DNA of 64,000 bases from Mobula hypostoma (lineage: Eukaryota). The first letter of the stretch is position 1; each line of letters begins with the position of its first letter. The stretch lies in assembly GCF_963921235.1 (NCBI RefSeq), contig NC_086108.1:117740001-117804000 (forward strand), in the 5' to 3' direction. The translations under genes and the position numbers were made by a program. Of this stretch, positions 24,618 to 36,200 are shown one piece after another. A model generated the notes under the pieces. That model did no database searches, was not told where the DNA came from, and worked only from the letters and a program-made list of their open reading frames with translations.

Positions 24618-25384
24618 AAACATAGAAACATAGAAAATAGGTGCACGAGTTGGCCATTCGGCCCTTCGAGCCTGCACCGCCATTTATTAAGATCATGGCT
24701 GATCATCCAACTCAGAACCCTGCACCAGCCTTCCCACCATAACCTCTGATCCCCGTAGTCACAAGGGCCATATCTAACTCCCTCTTAAGTATAGCCAATG
24801 AACTGGCCTCCACTGTTTCCTGTGGCAGAGAATTCCACAGATTCACTACTCTCTGTGTGAAGAAGTTTTTCCTAATCTCGGTCCTAAAAGGCTTCCCCTT
24901 TATCCTCAAACTGTGACCCCTTGTTCTGGACTTCCCCAACATCGGGAACAATCTTCCTGCATCTAGCCTGTCCAATCCCTTTAGGATTTTATACGTTTCA
25001 ATCAGATCCCCCCTCAATCTTCTAAATTCCAACGAGTACAAGCCCAGTTCATCCAGTCTTCCTGCATATGAAAGTCCTGCCATCCCAGGAATCAATCTGG
25101 TGAACCTTCTTTGTACTCCCTCTATGGCAAGGATGTCTTTCCTCAGATTAGGGGACCAAAACTGCACACAATACTCCAGGTGTGGTCTCACCAAGGCCTC
25201 GTACAACTGCAGTAGTACCTCCCTGCTCCTGTACTCGAATCCTCTTGCTATGAATGCCAGCATACCACTCACCTTTTTCACCGCCTGCTGTACCTGCATG
25301 CCCACTTTCAATGACTGGTGTATAATGACACCCAGGTCTCGTTGCACCTCCCCTTTTCCTAATCGGCCACCATTCAGATAATAA

Positions 25385-25588
25385 GCAACACACATCAAAG
25401 TTGCTGGTGAACGCAGCAGGCCAAGCAGCATCCATAGGAAGAGGCGCAGTCGACGTCCTGACGAAGGGTCTCGGCCTGAAACGTCGACTGCGCCTCTTCC
25501 TATGGATGCTGCTTGGCCTGCTGCGTTCACCAGCAACTTTGATGTGTGTTGCTTGAGTTTCCAGCATCTGCAGTATTCCTGTTGTTTG
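25385..25588. mobile_element. Miniature fold-back PLE insertion (204 bp) with 14-bp TSD
   Basis: TSD CATTCAGATAATAA at 25371-25384 and 25589-25602; perfect 74-bp inverted arms 25383-25456 / 25481-25554. Confidence 0.93.
25455..25488 (+). ncRNA. Minimal hammerhead ribozyme motif at the apex of the fold-back
   Basis: GTC-CTGACGA-AGGGTCTCGGCCT-GAAAC-GTC-GAC; helix I reduced to 3 bp. Confidence 0.75.
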
Positions 25589-26751
25589 CATTCAGATAAT
25601 AATCTGTTTTCCTATTTTTGCCACCAAAGTGGATAACTTCACACTTATCCACATTAAATTGCATCTGCCATGAATTTGCCCACTCACCTAACCTATCCAA
25701 GTCACCCTGCATCCTCTTAGCATCCTCCTCACAGCTAACACTGCTGACCAGCTTCGTTTCATCTGCAAACTTGGAGATGCTGCATTTAATTCCCTCATCC
25801 AAGTCATTAATATATATTGTAAACAACTGGGGTCCCAGCACTGAGCCTTGCAGTACCCCACTAGTCACTGTCTGCCATTCTGAAAAGGTCCCAATTATTC
25901 CCACTCTTTGCTTCCTGTCTGCTAACCAATTCTCTATCCACATCAATACCTTACCCCCAATACCATGTGCTTTAAGTTTGCACACTAATCTCCTGTGTGG
26001 GACCTTGTCAAAAGCCTTTTGAAAATCCAAATATACCACATCCACTGGTTCTCCCCTATCCACTCTACTAGTTACATCCTCAAAAAATTCTATGAGATTC
26101 GTCAGACATGATTTTCCTTTCACAAATCCATGCTGACTTTGTCCGATCATTTCACCGCTTTCCAAATGTGCTGTTATCACATCTTTGATAACTGACTCCA
26201 GCAGTTTCCCCACCACCGACGTTAGGCTAACCGGTCTATAATTCCCCGGTTTCTCTCTCCCTCCTTTTTTAAAAAGTGGGGTTACATTAGCCACCCTCCA
26301 ATCCTCAGGAACTAGTCCAGAATCTAACGAGTTTTGAAAATTTATCACTAATGCATCCACTATTTCTTGGGCTACTTCCTTAAGCACTCTGGGATGCAGA
26401 CCATCTGGCCCTAGGGATTTATCTGCCTTTAATCCCTTCAATTTACCCAACACCACTTCCCTACTAACATGTCTTTCGCTCAGTTCCTCCATCTCACTGG
26501 ACCCTCTGTCCTCTACTATTTCTGGAAGATTATTTATGTCCTCCTTAGTGAAGGCAGAACCAAAGTAATTATTCAATTGGTCTGCCATGTCCTTGCTCCC
26601 CATAATCAATTCACCTGTTTCTGTCTATAGGGGACCTACATTTGTCTTTACCAGTCTTTTCCTTTTTACATATCTATATAAGCTTTTACAGTCAGTTTTT
26701 ATGTTCCCTGCCAGTTTTCTCTCATAATCTTTTTTCCCCTTCCTAATTAAA

Positions 26752-27740
26752 CCCTTTGGCCCACAATGTCGTGCCGACCCTCAAGCCCTGCCTCCCATAT
26801 AAGCCCCCACCTTAAATTCCACCATATACCTGTCTAGTAGTCTCTTAAACTTCACTAGTGTATCTGCCTCCACCACTGACTCAGGCAGTGCATTCCACGC
26901 ACCAACCATTCTCTGAGTAAAAAGCCTTCGTCTAATATCCCCCTTGAACTCCCCACCCCTTACCTTAAAGCCATGTCCTCTTGTATTGAGCAGTGGTGCC
27001 CTGGGGAAGAGGCGCTGGCTATCCACTCTATCTAGTCCTCTTATTATCTTGTACACCTCTATCATGTCTCCTCTCATCCTCCTTCTCTCCAAAGAGTAAA
27101 GCCCTAGCTCCCTTAAACTCTGATCATAATGCATACTTTCTAAACCAGGCAGCATCCTGGTAAATCTCCTCTGTATCCTTTCCAATGCTTCCACATCCTT
27201 CCTATAGTGAGGTGACCAGAACTGGGCACAGTACTCCAACTATAGGAAGGATGTGGAAGCATTGGAAAGGATACAGAGGAGATTTACCAGGATGCTGCCT
27301 GGTTTAGAAAGTATGCATTATGATCAGAGTTTAAGGGAGCTAGGGCTTTACTCTTTGGAGAGAAGGAGGATGAGAGGAGACATGATAGAGGTGTACAAGA
27401 TAATAAGAGGACTAGATAGAGTGGATAGCCAGCGCCTCTTCCCCAGGGCACCACTGCTCAATACAAGAGGACATGGCTTTAAGGTAAGGGGTGGGAAGTT
27501 CAAGGGGGATATTAGAGGAAGGTTTTTTACTCAGAGAGTGGTTGGTGCGTGGAATGCACTGCCTGAGTCAGTGGTGGAGGCAGATACACTAGTGAAGTTT
27601 AAGAAACTACTAGACAGGTATATGGAGGAATTTAAGGTGGGGGGTTATATGGGAGGCAGGGTTTGAGGGTCGGCACAACATTGTGGGCCAAAGGGCCTGT
27701 ACTGTACTGTACTATTCGATGTTCTATGTTCTATGTTCTA
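26752..27740. mobile_element. CR1 family A 3' end present as a 457-bp inverted duplication; right arm carries the (TTCTATG)n tail
   Basis: Arms 26752-27208 and 27239-27695, 30-nt spacer; mirror-image ORFs 26781-27239(-) and 27253-27666(+). Confidence 0.93.
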
Positions 27741-27744
27741 TGTA

Positions 27745-28085
27745 ACCTGTACAAAAGCACGATTGGGTCTTGGTGCACAGAGCTTGTACTGAAGCACAAA
27801 TGGGTCTTCGGGCAGAGCCCACGAGGCCCTACTGTTTGGGTACAGAACCACAGAATGCATACTACAGCAGAATTGGATGTTTGGGCACGTAGCCTGCACT
27901 AAACCACAATTGGGTCTGTGGGCACAGAGCCTGTACAAAATCAGAACTGGGTCTTTGGGCACAGGGCCCATGGAGCCAGTACTAAAGCACAACTGGGTCT
28001 TTGGGCGCAGAGATCACAGAGTCTGTACTAAATAAGAACTAGGTCTTTGGGCGCAGGGTCCACAAACCCGTACTAAAGCAGACAT
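27745..28085. repeat. Degenerate continuation of the 37-bp minisatellite
   Basis: Repeated CTGTACTAAAGCACAA.TGGGTCTTTGGGCACAGAGC-like units matching 21600-21800. Confidence 0.8.
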
Positions 28086-28229
28086 GCAGCTCGCCAGAGA
28101 TATTAACTGTTTCTAGGTGCAGGGAGCATGGAGAGTCCAGGCAAGCCATGGAATTCTCCATGCATGCAGGACTTCAGCTCTGTGATGAGATTGAGAAAAT
28201 TGGAGTTGTTCCCATTGGGTAGATATGAG

Positions 28230-30047
28230 TATCACAATGTGTCTTTTCAAAATAAGGTTACAGAACTGAAACACACGGTTGACAGAGTAGTCGGTATGTG
28301 GACCACAGATTACAACAGGAAATAGAAAAGGCATGTCAAAAGGGCACTGTTATGATAGTCAAGGGAGATTTCAGCATGCAGGTCGACTGGAAAAATCAGG
28401 TTGGAAATGGATCTCAGGAGAATGAGTTTGTTGAATGCTGGTGAGATGGCTTTTTAGAGCCGTTTGTCAACAAACTAGGACATCAGCTATACTGGATTGG
28501 GCATTATGATATGAATGGGAGGTGATTAGGGAGCTTACGGTAAAAGAACTCTTAGGAGCCAGTGGTCACAATATGATTGAGTTCAGCTTGAAATTTGATA
28601 GGGAGAAAGTAAAGTAGTATTTCATTGGAATAAAGGAAATTGCAGTGATATGAGAGAAGAGTTGGCCAAAGTAAATTGGAAGGAGGTGCTGGCAGGGATG
28701 ACGGCAGAACAGCAATTGCATGAGTTTCTGGGGAAAATGAGGAAGGTGCAGGATAGATGTATTCCAAAAACGAAGGAATACTCAAATGGCAAACAGCACA
28801 ACCGTGGCTGATGAAGGAAGTCAAAGCTAATGTAAAAACCAACCAGAGGGCATACAACAAAACAAATATCAGTGGGAAAAGAGAGGATTGGGAACCATAT
28901 AGAGAGCAACTAAAAGAATCATTAGGAGGGAAAAGATGAAATATGAAAGAAAGCTGACAAAGAATATCAAGGTGGGTAGTGAAAGCTTTTTCAAGTAGGT
29001 AAAAAGTAAAAGAGAGATTTAGAGTGGATATAGAACTGCTAGAAAATAAGCCTGAAGAAATAATAACGGGGGCTTAGGATATGGCAAATGGATTAATTGA
29101 GTATTTTGCATCATTCTTCACTGCAAAAGACATTATCAGTGTGCCAGATGTTGAATGGACAAGGGAGGCACATAGGTAGCGATCCCTGCAGAAAGCAGAA
29201 AGTGAAGGGGAGGGAAGGAGGTGCTTGGTGGTAGGATAAGTATTTTGCATTAGTCTTCATTGTAGAAGACGCGAGCAGTGTGCCAGGTGTTGAAGGGTGT
29301 GAGGGAAGAGAAGTGAGTGCGGTTACTATTACAAGGGAGAAGGTCCTCCAAAATCTGAAAGACTTGAGGGTACATGAGACCATAAGATATAAGAGCAGAA
29401 TAGACCATTTGGCCCATCAACTCTGCTCTGTCATTCAATCATGGACTGATCCAATTCTTCCAGTTATCCCCACTCCCCTGCCTTCTCCCCATACCCTTTG
29501 ATGCCCTGGCTAAGCAAGAACCTATCTATCTCTGCCTTAAATACGCCCAATGACTTGGCCTCCACAGCCTCTCATGGCAACAAATTCCACAGATTCACCA
29601 CCCTCTGACTAAAGCAATTTCTCTGCATCTCAGTTCTAAATGGATGTCCTTTAATCCTTAAGTCGTGCCGTCTTGTCCTAGAATCCCCTACCATGGGAAA
29701 TAATTTTGCCATATCTAATCTGTTCAGGTCTTTCGACATTCAGAATTTTCTATGAGATCCCTGCTTATTCTCCTGAACTCCAGGAAATACAGCCCAAGAG
29801 CTGCCTGATGTTCCTCATACGATAACCCTTTCATTCCTGGAATCATTCCATGAATCTCCAATGTCAGTATATGCTTTCTAAAATCAGGAGCCAAAAACTG
29901 CACAGAATACTCCAAGTGTGGTCTCACGAGTGCCTTATAGAGCCTCAATATCGCATCCCTGCTCTTATATTTTATGCCTCTAGAAATGAATGCCAACATT
30001 GTATTCGCCGCCTTCACCACTGACTCAACCTGGAGGTTAAATTTAGG
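28230..30047. mobile_element. CR1 fragments (+ strand about 28230-29376; - strand 3' end about 29377-30047)
   Basis: EN/tether remnants on +; tail GACCATAAGATATAAG and LVRPHLEYSVQF on -. Confidence 0.75.
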
Positions 30048-30049
30048 AA

Positions 30050-32377
30050 TGCAAACACGAGGAAATCTGCAGATGCTGGAAATTCAAGCAGCACACATAA
30101 AAAATGCTGGTGAACGCAGCAGGCCAGCCAGCATCTAGAGGAAGAGGTACAGTCGACGTTTCGGGCCGAGACCCTTCGTCAGGACTAACTGAAAGAAGAG
30201 ATAGTAAGAGATTTGAAAGTGGGAGGGGGAGGGAGAGATCCGAAATGATAGGAGAAGATAGGAGGTGAAGGGATGGAGCCAAGAGCTGGACAGGTATTTG
30301 GCAAAAGGGATATGAGAGGATCATGGGATGGAAGGCCTAGGGAGAAAGAAAGGAGGAGGGGGGAAGCCCAGAGGATGGGCAAGGAGTATAGTGAGAGGGA
30401 CAGAGGGAGAAAAAGGAGAGAGAGAAAAAAAGAATGAATGAATGAATAAATAAATAAATAAATAACAGATTGGGTACGAAGGGGAGGTGGGGCATTAACG
30501 GAAGTTAGAGAAGTCAATGTTCATTCCATCAGGTTGGAGGCTACCCAGACGGAATATAAGGTGTTGTTCCTCCAACCTGAGTGTGGCTTCATCTTTACAG
30601 TAGAGGAGGCCGTGGATAGACATGTCAGAATTAGGAATGGGACGTGGAATCAAAATGTGTTGCCACTGGGAGATCCCGCTTTCTCTGGCAGACAGAGTGT
30701 AAGTGTTCGGTGAAACAGTCTCCCAGCCAGCATCGGGTCTCGCCAATATATAGAAGGCTGCATCGGGAGCACCAGACGCAGTATATCACCCCAGCCGACT
30801 CACAGGTGAAGTGTCGTCTCACCTGGAAGGACTGTCTGGGGCCCTGAATGGTGGCGAGGGAGGAAGTGTAAGGGCATGTGTAGCACTTGTTCTGCTTACA
30901 AGGAGGGAGATCGGTGGGAAGGGATGGGGGGGAGGGTACGAATGGACAAGGGAGTTGCGTAGGGAGCGATCCCTGTGTAAAGCAGAGAGACGGGAGGAGG
31001 GAAAGATGTACTTAGTGGTGGGATCCCGCTGGAGGTGGCGGAAGTTACAGAGAATTATATGTTGGACTTGGAGGCTGGTGGGGTGGTAGGTGAGGACAAG
31101 GGGAACCCTATTCCTAGTGGTGTGGCGGGAGGATGGGGTGAGAGCAGATGAGCGGGAAATGGGGGAGATGCGTTTTTAGAGCAGAGTTGATGGTGGAGGA
31201 AGGGAAGCCCCTTTCTTTAAAAAAGGAGGACACCTCCTTTGTCCTGGAATGAAAAGCCTCATCCTGAGAGCAGATGCGGTGGAGACGGAGGAATTGCGAG
31301 AAGGGGATGGCGTTTTTGCAAGAGACAGGGTGGGAAGAGAAATAGTCCAGGTAGCTATGAGAGTCCGTAGGCTTATAGTAGACTTCAGTAGATAAGCTGT
31401 CTCCAGAGATAGAGACAGAAAGATCAAGAAAGGGCAGGGAGGTGTCGGAAATGGACCAGGTAAGCTTGAGGGCAGGGTGAAAGTTGGAGGCAAAGTTAAT
31501 GAAGTCAATGAGCTCAGCATGCGTGCAGGAAGAAGCGCCAATGCAGTCATTGATGTAGCGAAGGAAACGTGGGGGACAGATACGAGAATAGGTATCTATT
31601 CTGAATAGATACCACAAAGCCAACAAAAAGGCAGGCATAGCTGGGACCCATACGGGTGCCCATGGCTACACCTTTAGTTTGGAGGAAATGGGAGGAGCCA
31701 AAGGAGAAATTATTACAAACTTTGTAAGAATAAGGATTAATTCCGCTAGACGGAGCAGAGTGGTGGTAGAGGGCAACTGGTTAGGTCTGGAATCCAAAAA
31801 GAAGCGGAGAGCTTTGAGACCTTCCTGCTGGGGGACGGAAGTATATAGGGACTGGACATCCATGGTGAAAATAAAGCGGTGGGGGCCAGGGAACTTAAAA
31901 TCAATGAAAAAATTCAGAGCGTGAGAAGTGTCACGAACATAGGTAGGAAGGGATTGAACAAGGGGGGGATAAAACAGTGTCAAAGTATGCAGAAATGAGT
32001 TCGGTGGGGCAGGAGCAAGCTGAGACAATGGGTCTACTTGGACAGGCAGGTTTGTGGATCTTGAGTAGGAGACAGAAACGGGAAGTGTGGGGTGTGCGAA
32101 CTATAAGGTTGGTAGCAGTGGATGGGAGAACCCCAGAGCTGATAAGGTTGGTGATGGTGTAGGAGACAATGGCCTGGTGCTGCTTAGTGGGATCATGATG
32201 GAGGGGTAAATAAGAGGAGGTATCCGCGAGTTGTCGCTGTGCCTCGGCAAGGTAGAGGTCAATATGCCAGTCTACAACAGCACACCCCTTATCAGCGGGT
32301 TTTATAGTAAGGTTAGGATTAGTGTGGAGGGAGTGGAGAACAGAGCGTTCGGAAGGAGTGAGGTTGGAATGGGAATC
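30050..32377 (-). mobile_element. Penelope-like element (probably Neptune-type), 5'-truncated and frameshifted: RT + GIY-YIG endonuclease + terminal repeat
   Basis: [39 protein letters not shown] (YIDD), YYKPTDSHSYL, FTCESAGVIYCVWCSRCSLLYIGET, LQPDGMN; same terminus as the 19377 copy. Confidence 0.92.
30151..30186 (-). ncRNA. Minimal hammerhead ribozyme motif (PLE terminus)
   Basis: Minus strand AGTC-CTGACGA-AGGG TCTCGG CCC-GAAAC-GTC-GACT. Confidence 0.8.
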
Positions 32378-33287
32378 AACCACTGATGTCAGGCTAACAG
32401 GTCCATTGTTTCCTTTCTGCTGCCTCCCACCCTTCTTAAATAGCAGAGTAACATTTGCAATTTTCCAGTCATCTGGTACGATGCCAGAATGTATTGAATT
32501 CTTGAAAGATTATTGTTAATGCCTCCGCAATCTCTCCAGCCAGCTTCTTCAGAACCCGAGAGTGTATTTCATCAGGTTTAGGAGATTTATCCGCCCTCAG
32601 ACCATTATGCTTCCAGAGCACCTTCTCAGTCATAATTTTCACTGCACATATTTCACTTCCCCGACAATATATGGTATACTGCAGAAGTCTTCCACTGTGA
32701 AGACTGATGCAAAATATGCATTCAATTCCTCCCCCATCTGTGCGTCTCTCAGTACAATATCTCCAGCGTCATTTTCCATTGGTCCTATATCTACCCTCCT
32801 CTCTTTTTCCCTTTATATACTGAAAAAAGCTTTTGTCTCTATTTTAATATTAGTTGCCAGCTTCCTTTCATAAGTCATCTTTTCCTTCTTAATGACCTTC
32901 TTAGTTTCCTTCTGCAAGTTTTTAAAAGCTTCCCAATCTTCTATCTTCTCACTAGATTTGGCTTCCTTGTATGACCTTTCTTTTGTTTTTACTTTGGTTT
33001 GACTTCACTTCTCAGCCACTTTAGTGACACTCTTCCATTTGAAAATATCTTTTTATTTTGAATATATCTGTCTTGCACTTCCCTCGTTTTTTGCAGAAAC
33101 TTCAGCCACTGCTGCTCAGCTGTCCTTCCTCTTAGTGTCCCTTTCCAGTCAACTTTGGCCAGTTCACCTCTCATGCCATTGTAATTTCCTTTATTCCACT
33201 GAAATATCAATACATTGGATTTTAGTTTCTCCTTCTAGAATATCAAAGTGAACTCGATCGTATTGTGATCACTGTTCCCTAAGGGTT
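32378..33287 (-). mobile_element. CR1 fragment (EN/tether to early RT)
   Basis: FQWNKGNYNGMRGELAKVDW and PVSLTSVV remnants on the minus strand. Confidence 0.8.
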
Positions 33288-36200
33288 CATAGAAACATAG
33301 AAAACCTACAGCACAATACAGTCACTTTGTCCCACAATGCTGTGCCGAACATATACTTGTTTCAGAAATCACCTAGGGTTACCCATAGCCCAATATTTTT
33401 CTAAGCTCCTTGTACCTATCCAGCAGTCTCTTAAAAGACCCTATTATATCCACCTCCACCACCGTCACCGGCAGCCCATTCCACGCAGTCACCACTGTCT
33501 GTGTAAAAAACTTACCCCTGACATCTCCTCTGTACCTACTTCCAAGCACCTTAAAACTGTGCACTCATGTGCTACCCATTTCAGCCCTGGGAAAAAGCCT
33601 CTGACTATCCATATGATCAATGCCTCTCATCATCTTGTACATTTATACACCTCTATCAGCTTACCTCTCATCATCTGTGGCTCCAAGGAGAAAAGGCCGA
33701 ATTCACTCAACCTATTCTCATAAGGCATGCTCCCTAATCCAGGGAACATCCTTGTAAATCTCCTCTGCACCCTTTCTATTGTTTCCACATCCTTCCTGCA
33801 GTGAGGTGACCAGAACTGAACACAGTACTCCAAGTGGGGTGTGACCAGGGTCCTGTATAGCTGCAACATTACCTCTCGGCTCTTGAACTCAATCCCATGA
33901 TTGATGAAGGCCAATGCGCTGTATGCTTTCTTAACTACAGAGTCCACCTGTGCAGCAGCTTTGAGTGTCTTATGGACTCGGACCCCAAGATCCCTCTGAT
34001 CCTCCACACTGCCAAGAGTCTTACCATTAATACTCTATTCTGCCATTATAATTGACCTACCAAAATGAACCACCTCATACTTATCTGTTTTGAACTCCAT
34101 CTGCCACTTCTCAGCCCAGTTTTGCATCCTGTCAATGTCCCGCTGTAACCTTTGACAGCCCTCCACACTATCCACAACACCCCCAACCTTTGTGTCATCA
34201 GCAAATGTACTGACCCATCCCTCCACTTCCTCATCTAGGTCATTTATAAAACTCATAAAGAGTCAGGTTCCCAGAACAGACCCCTGAGGCACACCACTGG
34301 TCACCGACCTCCGTACAGAATATGACCCGTCTACAACCACTCTTTGCCTTCTGTGGGCAAGCCAGTTCTGGATCTACAAAACAATGTCCCCTTCGATCCC
34401 TCCTTACTTTCTCAATAAACCTTGCATGGGGTACCTTATCAAATGCCTTGCTGAAATCCATATACACTACATCTACTGCTCTACCTTCATCAATGTGTTT
34501 AATCACATCCTCAAAAAAATCAATCAGGCTCGTAAGGCATGACTTGCCTTTGACAAAGCTACGCTGACTATCCCTAATCATATTATGCCTCTCCAAATGT
34601 TCATAAATCCTTTGTCTCAGGATTTTCTCCATCAGCTTACCAACCACTGAAGTAACGCTCACAGGTCTATAATTTCTTGGGCTATCTCTACTCACTTTCT
34701 TGAATAAGAGAACAACATCTGCAACCCTCCAATCCTCCAGAACCTCTCCAGTCCCCATTGATGATGCAAAGTTCATTGTCAGAGGCTCAGCAATCCCCTC
34801 CCTCATCTCCCACAGTAGCCTGGGGTACATCTTGCCCGGTCCCGGTGACTTATCCGACTTGATGCTTTCTAAAACCTCTGGCACATTCTCTTAATATCTA
34901 TATGCATCAGTTTTTCGGTTTGCTGTAAATCATCCCTACAATTGCCAAGATCCTTTTCTGTTGTGAATACTGAAGCAAATATTCATTATGTACCTCAGCT
35001 ATCTCCTCTGGTTCCATATGCACTTTTCCACTGCACACTTGATTGGTCCTATTGTCTCATATCTTATCCTCTTGCTTTTCACATACTTGTAGAATGCCTT
35101 GGGGTTTTCCTTAATCCTGTCTGCCAAGGCCTTCTCATGGCCCCTTCTGGCTCTCCTAATTTCGTTCTTAAGCTACTTCGTGCTGATCATATAATCTTCT
35201 AGATCTCTGTAATTACCTAGTTTTTTGAACTTTTTGTAAGCTCTTCTTCTTGACTAGATTTACAACAGCCTTTGTCCAGCACGGCTCCTATACCCTACAA
35301 CCTTTTCCTCACTCATTAGAAAGTACCTATGCAGAACTTCATGCAAATATCCCCTGACATTTCCCTGAGAACATCTGTTTTCAATTTATGCTTCCATGTT
35401 CCTGCCTGATAGCCTCATATTTCCCCTTACTCCAATTAAACACTTTCCTAACTTGTCTGTTCCTATTCCTCTCCAATGCTATGGTAAAGGAGCTAGAATT
35501 GTGATCACTATCTCCCAAATGCTCTCCCACTGAGAGATCTGACACCTGACCAGGTTCAATATGAGATCAAGTACAGCCTCTCCTCTTGTAGGCTTATCTA
35601 CATATTGTGGCAAGAAACCTTCCTGAACACACCTAACAAACTCCACCCCATCTGATCCCCTTGCTCCAGGGAGATGCCAATCAATATTTGGGAAATTAAA
35701 ATCTCCCACCACATCAACCCTGTTATTATTACACCTTTCCAGAATCTGTCTCTCTATCTGCTCCTCAATGTCCCTGTTACAATTGGGTTGTCTACAAAAA
35801 ACACCCAGCAGGGTTATTGACCCCTTCTTGTTCCTAACTTCCACCCTCAGAAACTCAGTAGATATCCCTCCAGAACTTCCTCATTTTCTGTGGCTGTGAC
35901 ACTGTTTCTGATCAACAGTGCCACGCCCCCACCTCTTTTGCCTCCTTCCCTGTCCTTTCTGAAACATCCAAAGCCCGGCACTCTGAGTAACCATTCCTGC
36001 CCCTGAGCCATCCAAGTCTCTGTACTGGCCACAACATTAGAGTTCCAGTTACTGGTCCACACTCTAAGCTCATCTGCTTTTTTCATCATACTCCTTGCAT
36101 TACATTAAACACATCTCAAACCATCGGTATGAGCACATCATTTCTCTATCACCTCCCTATCTTTCCTGTCGCACTCTCTACTATTTGTGGGCCAACCACC

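Larger units (their letters stand above)
24618..26751 (-). mobile_element. CR1 (family B), 5'-truncated, inserted antisense into the family A copy
   Basis: (AAACATAG)n tail at 24618; minus-strand RT frames 25527-26609 and 24712-25380, split by a PLE mini-insertion. Confidence 0.92.

Noticed and set aside
24712..25536. 274-aa ORF with an apparently novel N-terminus fused to an RT C-terminus
   Set aside because: Chance read-through from the PLE mini-insertion into the CR1 frame; not a gene.
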